The notes beneath the pieces are model-generated. The model worked only from the letters and a program-made list of their open reading frames with translations. It was not told where the DNA came from and did no database searches. A program made the position numbers and the translations under genes. From Trichoplax adhaerens (lineage: Eukaryota > Animalia > Placozoa), in assembly GCF_000150275.1 (NCBI RefSeq), contig NW_002060985.1, positions 89,502 through 123,068 on the forward strand: 33,567 nt of DNA, written 5' to 3'. Below, piece after piece: positions 9,491 through 21,894 of this stretch (positions are counted from its first letter, which is position 1; every line of letters starts with the position of its first letter).

Positions 9491-9954
9491 TATTTGGTAC
9501 AACATTTCTGCTAGCAAAGGCGATCATGACTGGAAGGGATATTGCAAAAAGAAAATCGTCTTACCTTGTTGTCCATGTTGTCTTCCACTTTTTCCCGACC
9601 CTAAAGGTGAGATCGCCTGCTTTCATTCTGTTTCTCACCTTGCTATCCACAGTTTACAAAGTAAATTAGTGATTTCAATTAGAGCCAAGAAAAGTGAATG
9701 GCGAGCATGCAGTAAATTGCGTGCCTGTGCGATACTTTCTCAGTCCAAGTGAGGTTACTCGGTTGATATCTTGCTTATAATATTGTCCGCTGTAGATTCA
9801 ATTCCTACTCCTATAGGGTGACAAGCTATTTTGCACAGTAACTTGCAGCGCCGACTCTCTACTTAGTCTTCCTCTTCTTCTACTGCCTTCTACACGTGAA
9901 ATGGCAGTCAACCAGTGAACATCTTTTTTTCTCACATTCTTTTTCCATACTACA

Positions 9955-10330
9955 GATTTCTCTCTCATACTTATTAATCTGTGCCTTTGACAGATATTGT
10001 TGGGTGTTAACATTCTCATCTTGCTTAGCAGGTAAGTCTTTCAACCAGTTAAAGCAATCTTAATCGATGCCATTTTAAACGCAAACCTTAACATTATTGC
10101 CATAATGTAATCGCTCCTTTATCGCCATTAGACCTATAGTTGACATTTTGGGTTGTGAACTGAATTTCTCTTATACTTGTTAATCTGTGTGTTTTATAGA
10201 TATTGCTGGGTGTTAGCATTCTCATCTAGCTTAATGAATAGGTAAGTCCTTCAACAAGTGACAATAGTCTTAATTAATCGCTATCATTTTAAACGTCGAA
10301 TGGGTTGGTAACCCTGACATTATTCCTATA
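9955..10330 (+). repeat. Tandem ~205-bp duplication, each unit carrying an acceptor/micro-exon/donor (9994-10031, 10200-10241)
   Basis: TTTGACAG|ATATTGTTGGGTGTTAACATTCTCATC...G|GTAAGT versus TTTTATAG|ATATTGCTGGGTGTTAGCATTCTCATC...G|GTAAGT. Confidence 0.7.
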
Positions 10331-11711
10331 ATCATCCCTCTATCGCAATACGCAAGTTACAGGATTTGCTGGATAAACGGTCAACAAATACACCTACTTC
10401 ACACTTTTTCTATCTACTGGGTATCAGTAAAACCAGAGCATTGGATAGATTGGGCCTGTAAAAATATACATTCTAGCCGAAGAGATAGTTAAAGTAAGCA
10501 ATATATAGCTCTTCATAGGTTAGAAAGCTATAGAGTAGGAACACGCTTGGATAGTAGAACATTTTCTTTCCTATGCAAATAGTCAGTATGCAAAAAACAA
10601 TGTACTGAGATTATGCAATGTTCATAGAATGATGAACAAGCTACTGTACATGGCTGTAGTATAAATGAAATGATGTCCATCATATTACTTACAACCTACT
10701 GTAAAAAGAAACTTTTGTAATAAAGTGAAAATAGGATGATAGAATTTTAGTTTCATCCAATGCCACCCGATGAGTTAGTAGACTTTGGCGTAAACCTTTC
10801 TACAATACTTAATTACAAGATATAGAGAAAAAAATAAGAGTGTAGTAAGTTACTATAACAGGATTGAAATTGATTGACTATACAAGTATTACGATGTTTG
10901 AAAAATGTGTTGATCATTTTGCGTTGGTGTTAGTATAAATATACCTACAGCAATCCTTTAATTGAGGCAGAACAACCAACCTACTGTAGGCTATAGTATC
11001 ACCAAAAATTCTATTTAAAAGGACTAAAATACTGTGCTGATCAAATCATCTCCACATATTAGTAATTTTGCTGCAATTTCAAACGTGAAAGACAATGTAT
11101 TCCACCAATAATAACGAAGCGAAGAGAGTGTTGTAATGCCACTTTAACGCATTGGATATTTTGGAATTCTATCGAAGATATCGACTTCAGGAATAACATT
11201 TCGTCATTTGCTTGTTATTGATATGTCTGATTTAAATAGCACAACAGGCAAGAAAATGGAGAGATCAATGCATATTACTATATTTATGTTCGTGGTCAAT
11301 ATTAACAATCTAATGCTGCCAACTTGAATACCATACCAGGTTACTCGTTATACTACACGCAAATATCCTAACTCTAACTTAGATTCAACAGCAAATTATC
11401 TATCCCCAACATTCGTTAATGGGGTATTCGATGTATCATCTTTCAGTGCAAAAAGTAAGTTACCAATGATCACAAGTATTAACTATATTATATAGTATTA
11501 ATAAATGAACTTTCTAAGAATAGATTTTAACCTCACCTGTACTTAAAAATGGCAATTTTATACATAGCTAACCTAGCTGATAATATGGCAATCTAAATCG
11601 CTGAGTTGCTTATTGCCAACAGAAAAACGATCAAAGGATTGTTAACGTAAAGATTGATTTAAAGGATCAAGTACAAAAGATCCAAAAAATAGAAACAAAC
11701 TATTATTAAGA

Positions 11712-14097
11712 ATGGCAATCAAACAAGGCGTATGGAGGTTTTTTGGAATTTTGGCTTTAGCTTTGATAGCTCTTCCTCGCCATAGCCAATCTGCCAAGAT
11801 ATTCCAGGCAGCTCAATATTATCATAGTCATGCTCATGTGGTAGCAACGATTGGTGATGAATTACATCGACGAGGCCATAATGTGATAATGGTAGCATCT
11901 TCAGCTGTTCAATTTCGGCCTCCTAAAAAATATGCAATCTAATATTATCAAACTCCAGTAACGCAGTAACACTTAGCAAATTGTACGGCCATTTCCTTAG
12001 AGAATAACGATGTCTATTTGCAGCCATGCCATATTCACGCTGGTATGGACCTTGCTACTTTTAGCAAAGAAAGAAACTTACTAGAAAATGTAAAACGTCA
12101 AAATTGCGGTAATGATATGTCATTCAATTATAATATAAGACAGTGAATCATCTAATAGATAGTCTGTTCAACAGTTCCACCATTCTTGCTGCTCACCACC
12201 CCCTCCCCCAAATAAATTTACTAGCTTTGCATCCTATTCAGTATCCAATAGATTGGTTTTATCATCAGGCAGTTGATATCTGATTCGATTAGAACATCTT
12301 ATTTGTAAATAGGGTTAACACCTTATTGATACTCAATAACTTTAATGTAAAGCGCTTGAGGACGCCTATTTTTACTCAAGCGAATGTCAGTTTAATTGAT
12401 ATTCGATAGCAGAAAATTGGCTCTTGTTTAAACAATAGTAAACTCGTTCTTTAAGATGGTAAATGACTTCATTGTATTTAAGGGATAATTTATTACAGTC
12501 CAGCTCTGATTTTCTCATTCCTAGTTCTTATTGCAAAATATCGTAAACTAAACCGATGATATGTAGTTTTCATGTTTATAGATGCTAAATTTACCTTAAT
12601 AAGAAAGCATTGAATGAGGATAATGGTCATGTTAAAAGCTTTACAGACGAGTAGTTAGGATAGCAACAGCAGGATATATAAGTACAGAGTTCGCTCATGC
12701 AATTATACAATAATAAGATTCTCACGTTAGTAGCTACTCCTACTTAGTAATAGAATTATAATTTGCGTCAAATGTTTTATCGTTATTTACAAGTGATTTG
12801 ATACTTTTACAAGTAAATCTTGATGGGCAAGATAGTATAATAGGTTAAATTTAAAATTAAAAAATTAAAAAGTAAAAGATTAAATTTAAATCTATTAAAA
12901 TGTTTGTTTAGCAGTCAAGTAACAAGAAATTCATCATTAATATTTTATTAACAGATGGAGTTCTATGCGATATCAGCAGCCCTATTTGTCAAATTATTAC
13001 TGAAGCAGCAAACATTAAGGTCTTGGTTGCTGTTGCTGCATTTGGATTTGCCGATCCACTCGTAACTGGATTCTGCCATATACCTAATCCGTTGGCTTAT
13101 GTTCCACAACTTGGACTCAAATTTACCAACAAAATGCCATTACATCAGCGTATTATTAAAGTCGTTGTTTCTCATCTTACATCGACATTAGTCCATTTAT
13201 TTTTTCTACCTTACATGTTTGCAGAAGTAAACAAAACTAGTTTAGGCATTGATAGCATTCCCGATTTAGTGTATAGTCGAGCCTCATTTCTTTTAGTCAA
13301 TACAGATTTTACTATGGATTATCCTCGTCCAACTTCACCGACTACCAAAGTAGTCGGCCCTATACTCCCTAAACCTGCTCAATCATTATCTTCTGATTTG
13401 CAACAATTTGCATCGAAGAATCCTAACGGCACAGTGGTTATCTCCTTTGGTACGATAGGTAACCGCATTAAAATATGCCACTAATGTTACAATGCTTTTT
13501 AATACTTTTAGCCAGTTACCATATAATGTTATTTGGAAATATACGGAACATATTCCGCAAAGTATTGCTTCAAATATTAAAATTATTCAGTGGTGGTCAC
13601 AGAAAGATCTCCTTGGTCACTCAAATACTAAAGCACTTGTTACGCATTGTGGTTTAAATAACATTCTCGAAGGCGCTTATCATGGTGTACCTATGATCGG
13701 TATTCCAGTTGTCGGTGATCAAGCCAGCCATGGGCCTAAAATAGCAGCTAAAAATGTTGGAGTAGTATTAAATGTAGAAGAAACGACGCAAGATGATCTG
13801 TATTATGCAATTATAAACGTTACAACACGACAAGATATTATAGAAAGTACTCTTAGAATTTCGAAATTAATTCAAAATAGACCGAATAGTAGAACACCTG
13901 TTGAGGAAGCTAGCGATTGGATGGAATATGCGTTAAATTGCAATGATGGTGAATATTTACGTACGGAAAAGTATAATATCTCATGGCATCAATTCTATTT
14001 AATAGATGTATTTGCTTTAGTTTTAGTTTTCCTTGTCATTGCTGTTCAATTAATGCGTTTAATATACGTTTTATATACGTCTAATATATACGTTTAA
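11712..14097 (+). pseudogene. UDP-glycosyltransferase (animal GT1/UGT family) pseudogene; exons 11712-12108 and 12955-14097
   Basis: Signal peptide, HSH...ELHRRGHNV N-terminal motif, phase-1 intron giving QNC-DGVLCD, NPLAYVP, DYPRP, VVISFGT, UGT signature WWSQKDLLGH...THCGLNNILEGAYHGVPMIGIPVVGDQ, C-terminal TM. Lesions: TAA at 11940 and 11967, +1 frameshift near 13470-13473. Confidence 0.93.
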
Positions 14098-16264
14098 TAT
14101 AATATTACCATTTTGACTTTGCCCCATTGCCAATTGGTGTGCTTTACTATTTTCTATAGTATTTGATACTTGATGATGATTTAGTGACGTTGTGTACTTT
14201 TATGCCATAATGACTATAAAATTAATGGCAAAAAGCGACTTGCAGAGTTTTAACGCTGCATGCATTCCATCAGTATATTTTAATTTCAAGTACGGTAATG
14301 AAACCCTAATAATTTCACTTTTATACGCAATTGAAACCATTACCTAATTGAAATAGATTATTAGATTGATATTACTATACTATATCCGATAAGTAGATCT
14401 TCGATATGAATACTGTTGAAGTAAATTTCTTCTTCACTCACAATCAAACTAAACTCTTATATCGTCCCTTGTATAATATATATATACTCGTAAACTGTTT
14501 TTTCCTAGCGAATAACTCTGATTAGCAAAATATTAAAACACATTTATCCATTCAATAGTCTATAGTACGGTGCATTGAGGACTGAGAACGTATAAAGTCA
14601 CTTATTCGTGCTTCTATACTGCTTATTAAGCGTAAATCGATCCAGTCATTCTGCCTTCCAATCCACTACGATTGCTCATCAATATGCTTTAGTTTTACCT
14701 TTATTAATGACATGACACAAATATCAAATTAATGGCAGTACTACGCCTTCTTTTACAGCAATCGTTTTATGGTAATAAATGGAGTAATCATCACAGTCCA
14801 ATTCATTTTAAATTGTAGTACCAAACTGCAAGTTTTACCCACTCAGTAAGTTTAGCATGAACGATACTAAACAAGCTAGAGAGAATACTGTAATACGATT
14901 TCATTACGATACCCGACATAACTTAATTCAATAACTTAACTTCATTCTTTTTCTATTTCAAATAATTATTTGATAGCACGATGTTGGCATAACCAGGTGA
15001 CAAGATAGAATAGCGACTACTCCATTAGTTTTTGCACAAGTCATTTTCATTTACAGTTTCAGTAAAAGACTAAGCGCTTACTTTATGCAAGATGGCGATG
15101 ATGCATTAGACAAGATGCTTTTTTGCATCAGATGGGACTGTATTCATGTCATGTTGATAAAGTTGTCCGTTGTAGAGCTACAGTAGACTGTAAATAGGCT
15201 GACAGCTATTTTGCACTGATGCACAGATGCACTACCTTGAAGACGTGGAAGGATTGCAGTTACCCATCTTCTCCTCATGACCGTTTCTGTTTGCATTTGC
15301 CAATAGTGTTTGTCATAATCTTCAGCAAGGAGAACTAGAGAAGGTCTGATTGCATATGGATTGGATCTTCATTCTATCGGTTAACCATCTGCAGGTATGA
15401 ATACAATAACTTTAATTTTTAAATGGGAATTTTTGTAGTCCACGAGCAGTCAAGTTGTTCTATCGTGACGGTAGAAATCCTCAACGCTTCTATAGATACA
15501 CACAACTATAAGGTAAGCAACGAGTTTTGAATACACTCCGACTTGCACAATCATTTTATTTACATGAGAAGCAACCAAATGGATCAGTGACTACGTTTCA
15601 ATAATTTTACTTTTGATTTCTTGTCAACATGGAACAGCTGAACAGGCGCCCACTCCAACTTACCCTCTCCCAATCTTTTTGACTAAATTGCATGCTATTA
15701 ATGAACATGTTGTTACTACAGTAGTTTGTACTAGCAGCTGTAGAAAGCTTTCGTTCAACATGGCTGTTCATTTATCCGTTGTTAAAGCAGGAATCCAACA
15801 GGTTTTGCTGCAATGAATGAAGGGATTATCCCTGCACGGTCATCATTTCCGGTGTTTACTAGCACTAGTCAATCGTTTCACACTTTGTGCTATGTTGACT
15901 TTCATGCTGAAAAATAGTGATGAGTTAATAACTGGTTTGAAAATGGAATTGCTCAAGTACGGCCAAGTTTTGTTTAAAATCAGTACGCAATTTCATTTTG
16001 TAGTCGCTTCAATTAACGTTACTCAAGATCTTTATTAAATCAATTGCTGTCACTTATACAGTCCGTTTTTCCTTATTAGCTATCATTCCAAATTTCGCCA
16101 ACTTACTAAAGTTCATAATCAATTGTAAAGATAAACACGAGTACCTGCATACCTAGTTGTCATTTCGATAGAATGTAGTTATTATTATGAAAGGTTTTGT
16201 AGAACTGTAGACAAATATCTGTTATATAACATATAAGCATGTTACAAAATTGTTGATAGCAGAC

Positions 16265-16600
16265 TCTACCCTAAATTACAATGACTTGATGAACGTTACT
16301 CGAGGTACTAAAGTAGAATAAGTATTGCCAGTTTTAACTTATTACAGATCGTCAACTTCCCAAGGGGATGACCAAAAACACAAGGAATTACTAAACTATA
16401 ATTGACTAGTACAATAGACGAGTGGATATTTTGGATGAACAAGATAGAGAAGCAAGAATGAGATACTCGATTTGATCGCACAGTCTTGGGTGGGCTATGC
16501 GCCTTGCTGACGAAGATTGACCTAGAAGAAAATACTCACTGACTAGCTTTACTGACATGGCAAGTTCTTCAATAAACTGAATTACAATCAAATGACTCAT
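16265..16600 (+). repeat. Diverged paralogue of 17515-17860 (acceptor-like TAAC.TATTACAG followed by stop-riddled sequence)
   Basis: Shared CCCT.AATTACAATGACTT, AAAGTAGAAT, TTACAGAT.GTCAACTT.CCAAG and AAAAACACAAGGAATT. Confidence 0.8.
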
Positions 16601-17769
16601 TATATATTATGACTATCATCCATGCCATTGCTATTCACTTTCATTACTCTAGTGCAAGGATTACTTAAATATAGTGTAATCAAAGCCGTCTGTATTCTTG
16701 AATCAACTATTGATCAGCTAACATTTTCTTGTTGCCTCATCGTGTGACAAGTACGCGTACTTGTGACGATAGGTGATTAAATTCAATCTTATACTAGAGT
16801 TTATCGATATGGCAAAAATAGGACAAATCATCCATGATTCCTGTTAGGAATTGATAGCTGCTTGAAGATTATTGGGATAAACATTTTCTATTACAATATG
16901 GACAAGGTAAGTAAGTTATGACAGTACTAACATAATTCAAATGGAAGATGAACCGTAGTCCTTACCACAATCTGTTTTGAGTATTGCTATAACTAAAAGA
17001 AGTAAGGCTGCAATATTGATTGGCAATTTATCCACACTACATCAATTGAAGATGCAGAATGAACTAATCATCCCCAAAATATCGCTAAGCACTGTTAACT
17101 ACACGTCGATTGGCTTACACTAATAGCATCCCAGTGATTGCTCTGTTGATGCAGAATGTAGACGGTATAGATCGATATAGATCAAGTGCAGGTATTGATA
17201 TCACTACCCTGCGCAATTTGATTTAATTCTCTCNATAGTGGCACTTTTCTTATATTGAGAAAATATAGGATTATGAAGAAGAGGCATTGACAACGACTTC
17301 ACACAATCGTGCGTAAATATCCTCGATGTTTCTTGCATTGTAATTTGCAATCAGCCATCGCTGTCGGTACGGAAGATGAAGAGGCCAACCAGCATCATTA
17401 TGACAGAGGTAAACAGACAGGTAATATAATTTACTAGATGTAATCTACATTGCAGAAATAGGATTATCATCACCATTATCGATCAAGGTGCATCCTGTAT
17501 AATATTTCTGATGGCTTTACCCTTAATTACAATGACTTTGATAGATACTACTCAAGGTATTAAAGTAGAATTGATAATGTCAATTTTAACTAATTACAGA
17601 TGGTCAACTTTCCAAGAAGATGGTGAAAAACACAAGGAATTCCGAAACTGTAACTGACTAAAACAATATACGGGTCGCTAGTTTGTAAGTAGACAAGGTA
17701 CAGGAGTAAGAGTGAGAAATTTAATTTGATAACAGCCTTGGATACACTAAGTGTCTTGCTAACAAAGAT

Positions 17770-18697
17770 TGGCCTATAAGAATATACTCTGTGACTGGAA
17801 TAACAAGTTGTTAAACAAGCTGAATTGCAATCAAACGATTTATTACGAGTCGTATGATTCATGATGATGACCTACTATATATACTGTTCCTGTATTGAAA
17901 GCCTTGAGCTGATCAAGATACTTTGTAAACCTTATACCATCACTTGTTTTACTTTAGCAGTACCAATAAATGTTATTAAAACTTTGGTATGCTCTAACTA
18001 TTAAGCTCTAAACTATTGTCAATCTACCCTTCCTGAATTCTAATTTTATTTGCGTGATAATAGCTCAAATTCAACAACCAATTGAAAATAATTGATTGTT
18101 ATTTCTTTCTTTGCAAACGGTGCTGTTGCATTATTCATTAATGAACTCAAAGTCAATAATGTGATCGCATGACAGTCGAATAAATTTGTTTTTCTACTTT
18201 TCTTCCCTATCTCACTCTTGGCGCTTTTTTGACGGACAAATTCGCTAATTACTTTTTCTTCATCAGCTCCATTAATAAACCGTTAGCTTGAGTATCAAGA
18301 TTCAAGAACTGTGAAATACTCGTTAAAACGTTGTATCCGGTCTATCCTAATAGATCAAGCAGGAGTGAACTGGTATGGATAGATATTATCATTCAAAATT
18401 AACTTATAAAGTGTTCATCCCAAATTCTCTCTATTTATTTACTTCCGTGTATTTTATTTTTTATATGCTATGTGTTTGTCATAAGTTTGACGCCTTTAAT
18501 TCCATTCTTAACTTAATATTACTCGATAATCCATGTTCCAGCTTTTAATCTTCGCTTGTGATCTATTTTATTTTAATGCGGTGTGAAATTTACAAAATTG
18601 AACGTATGCCATTGAAATGTTTTTGTTTTAAAGCCTACTATTTCTTCACTACGTATCTACAACCATTACTAATCATCTATCCTAGATAAAATAGCAC
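17770..18697 (+). repeat. ~0.92-kb segmental duplication, paralogue at 21895-22812; partial third copy at ~20060-20275
   Basis: Collinear similarity from GACTGGAATAACAAGTT to AATCATCTATCCTAGATA.AATAGC. The sub-block TTAGCAGT.CCAA.AAATGTTA is also present at ~4257 and ~27910. Confidence 0.92.
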
Positions 18698-20386
18698 TAT
18701 GATAAAAAATTTGGTTATATAGTCAGCAAGACTATACTGTAGATCTGAATTGAAATTAACTTGCTCTACATGTGAACAAGTATAAGTAATCATTTATTAC
18801 ATATGTCGTCAAGGAAGATGTGCATTAGCATGTCACGATATTTTGTTGATCATCCTTCATATTATTTTATTTATCACTCTGTAGTAGGCCGAAATCGAAC
18901 AATTACAATAGATTACATACTTATTTAAATAGTATCGTTTTCATTAACTATGGTACCCACGGGATTCATAATAGGTTGTGCATTAAGCATTGATAAATTA
19001 ATGGATAATCACCTACAGATATGAAATCCTTTATCTACATTAGCTGATATCCTGTGTAAAAAATAAGATCGCAATTGACTTTGGAGTCAGTACAGATTCA
19101 ATGTTTAAATAGATTACTTAAAATGAATAATTTCAATGCCGGAGTATTCGAAATAGAAATAGCTTTTCTTCATTGAAATAGTTTTACCTAATTAAGTATT
19201 ACCTGGTCTTTACATCGTATGAGTTGTCAACAAATATTGCTTACATACAATCGATATCAACGTTTCGGTGACCGAATCTATTACAGTTAACGGTCGTATC
19301 GATTATTATTGTGCACCGTTAATGAAGATGAAAATATTTGTCATCAATTCCCAACCTATTTGTTGATTCTCGGTAATATAATAATATGGCATTAGTGATT
19401 AGGTTGGAGAGTGTGGTTTGAAAACAGGCGAAAGTAATCTCAAGTATCATGTTATTAGTTTTTCCATATTTTTATTGTAAATTAACTTTATGGCAGATGT
19501 GTATTGATGAAAGTCAGGTTGGCTAAAACACCTACAATAAATATTCCTTTTGTAGCCATAACTAGAAAGTGCTTCACATATTTAAAAATGAGTAAATCGT
19601 TACTGCGTTAAATCAGCACTGATTGCCTGCTTATGTTGTCGTATTAATACCTTTATACAAACTTTGATTAGTCAAGAATGCAATATTACGTCCCTCATTG
19701 TAATATGTATGCAAACAATAATTAGGTTAGAGCTTGAAATTTTAAAATAGGCTACGGCAACGTCTGAATTTCATGTTCTTAACGATAACTTATTTCCTTG
19801 GGTAGGCTTATACTGTATACCTACAGTAATTTCCCCCAACACATCATGTACAGCAATTCACGAGCTCTACTAGCTGTACTTAACGCTATGATGTAGACTA
19901 TAATATGATCTATTCTGTTATATTGGTTGTCCAACGATCAGATTTGATAGTTATAGTATTCCTTTAACCCTGTTGATTATATATGATTGTTAACGAACAA
20001 TGCAATAATATTAGCTAAGACTCAATCAGATTATTGATTAGTATGTGTATGCGGAATAGTTTATTTTCTTCCTTCCCTGCGTGCCCCATTCTCCTCGCTT
20101 TTATGACGGATACATTTGTTAATTACTTTTTCCTATCTACACTGTGAAACTGTCAGTTTGAGCATCAAGAACTTTAATTACTTCTTCTTCGTCAGCTCCA
20201 TTAAACCGTCAGCTTGAGCATCAAGATTCAAGAACTGTCAAACACTCATTAAAACGTTGTATCCGGTCTATGCTATATTCACGAATACCCTAAAAACGTA
20301 TTCAATATTTCAAAGTTTAAATCGTAAATCCGCAATTACAAAAATTTCTAACGTTGGCGATCTAATCATACTAGTATTATTGTCGC

Positions 20387-21432
20387 AAATCATCAAGCTC
20401 TAATAAGCTGGACGTTATGATTCTTAAAGTTAATGCAGTTGTTCTTATACGTGTAGTCCATAGAGTAGCTTATGTAACAGTATAGAATGTGAACCTTAAC
20501 GGATCTTATTGAACCCACACCGATCAAACTAATCATAGAAGTTATCAAAAATATTATTTGTCATACTTGGCATACAGTTTTGTCTATCCGTTTGATTTCA
20601 TGCTATAGAATTTTATTTACCTAATGTAACATTATGATCTTATATAGAAGATGCCTAGTATAGTAATATCCTAATATACGAATACTTATCATATACCATT
20701 TAAGTACTGTATTGCATTACATTCATAACATATGACATCATGACGACATCTAGGCGACATGCTATACATATAAAGACATTATCTCAATCTCATCTAAAAC
20801 CTATAAATACCCTTGTAAGCTAACTCGTTAGTTAGTTCTTACGTTCCTGCTATCTCAAATACCTTATCTGTAACAACCATATCATTGTTAGCCCATAACT
20901 TGTATCTCAATAAAATCCTTTATACTTTCTATCATCGTCTACCTTAAAATACTTTACGCTACTTAAAGAAGATATTATTACACCTAATAATGGCGAAAAC
21001 TCAATTAACCAATGAAAATTCTTTACTTTCATGTCTTAGCATGACAATTATACGAGTATTCAATTAACCAATTAAAATTCTTTACTTTTATATGAGCGTG
21101 GCAACCTATGAATTAATTATTCAAGCAGTACCAGGTCAATAGGTACCGTATATTAATGATGATATAACAGACGAGAAGACAGAGCTATTTTTCGCCTTTC
21201 ACTCTTTTCTACTCATCTGCTTTTAAGACAAAGATTCTCGCCTTAATATTATTTTTTGTATTCTATTTCACAATTTTCTTGCTAGTTTAAACATCAAGAA
21301 TTATAATAGTTCAAGCAAATCTCTGTATTAGGTCGATCGATAGGCCTGTTAAGAATCAACACGTACTTCTATGCAACATTACCCAGGAAAATAACTTTTT
21401 ATGGGTAGTAGTGATGTACTCCATATTTGATT
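20387..21432 (+). repeat. Segmental duplication, paralogue at 26334-27165 (this copy carries the solo-LTR insertion)
   Basis: Collinear from AAATCATCAAGC to GTAGTAGTGATG.AC.CCATATTT. Confidence 0.92.
20625..20982 (+). mobile_element. Solo LTR of an LTR retrotransposon (358 bp, 5-bp TSD)
   Basis: TGTAA...TTACA termini flanked by the direct repeat CCTAA (20620-20624, 20983-20987). TATAAATA at ~20802, AATAAA at ~20909. Absent from the paralogous site (single CCTAC at 26565). Confidence 0.85.
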
Positions 21433-21840
21433 GACAAATCAAATCTAGCCCACAAATTACAAGTAATGCAATCATCAGATGGAACTTGGGTTGATTTAGA
21501 TACAACAGCGATGACAATTTTAGCCCTAAATTGTGCCGATAACAGTAGTAATAGTGCTATATCTAAAGGCTTTCAAGCTTTACTCTTAAAGCAATCCAAA
21601 ACAACTTATCAATTCGAAAATGAGTATACAACTGCTCATGCGGTACAAGCTATGCTTTCGCAAAGAATACCTATATCAAAATGGAACTATATGAAAGTAC
21701 TCCATAGACTTATGAAATATGAGATAGCCAACGAAGGGTTCGGCAGAATTGACAACACAGCTGCTGTATTACCGTCGTAGGCGAGTGCAGTTTATCTAGA
21801 CTTGCAAAATGTTACCTGCGATCAGTTAAATGATAGTACC
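21427..21840 (+). pseudogene. Transcobalamin/intrinsic-factor-family (cobalamin-binding alpha-barrel) pseudogene fragment
   Basis: DTTAMTILALNC, FENEYTTAHAVQAM and GFGRIDNTAAVLPS*ASAVYLDLQNVTC match the family motifs DTxAMAxLALxC, GNxYSTxLAxQAL and LPxLxGKTYLDVxxVxC. In-frame TAG at 21778-21780 and further stops just upstream. Confidence 0.8.
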
Positions 21841-21894
21841 GAATCTCGTATTATTACTATTATATACACTGTTCGAACTAAGTCATAATACAAA

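Noticed and set aside
16980-17215. KAAILIGN...IPKISLS peptide, faintly caspase-like or class C GPCR-like
   Set aside because: Too short and frameshifted; no catalytic or other confirming motif seen.
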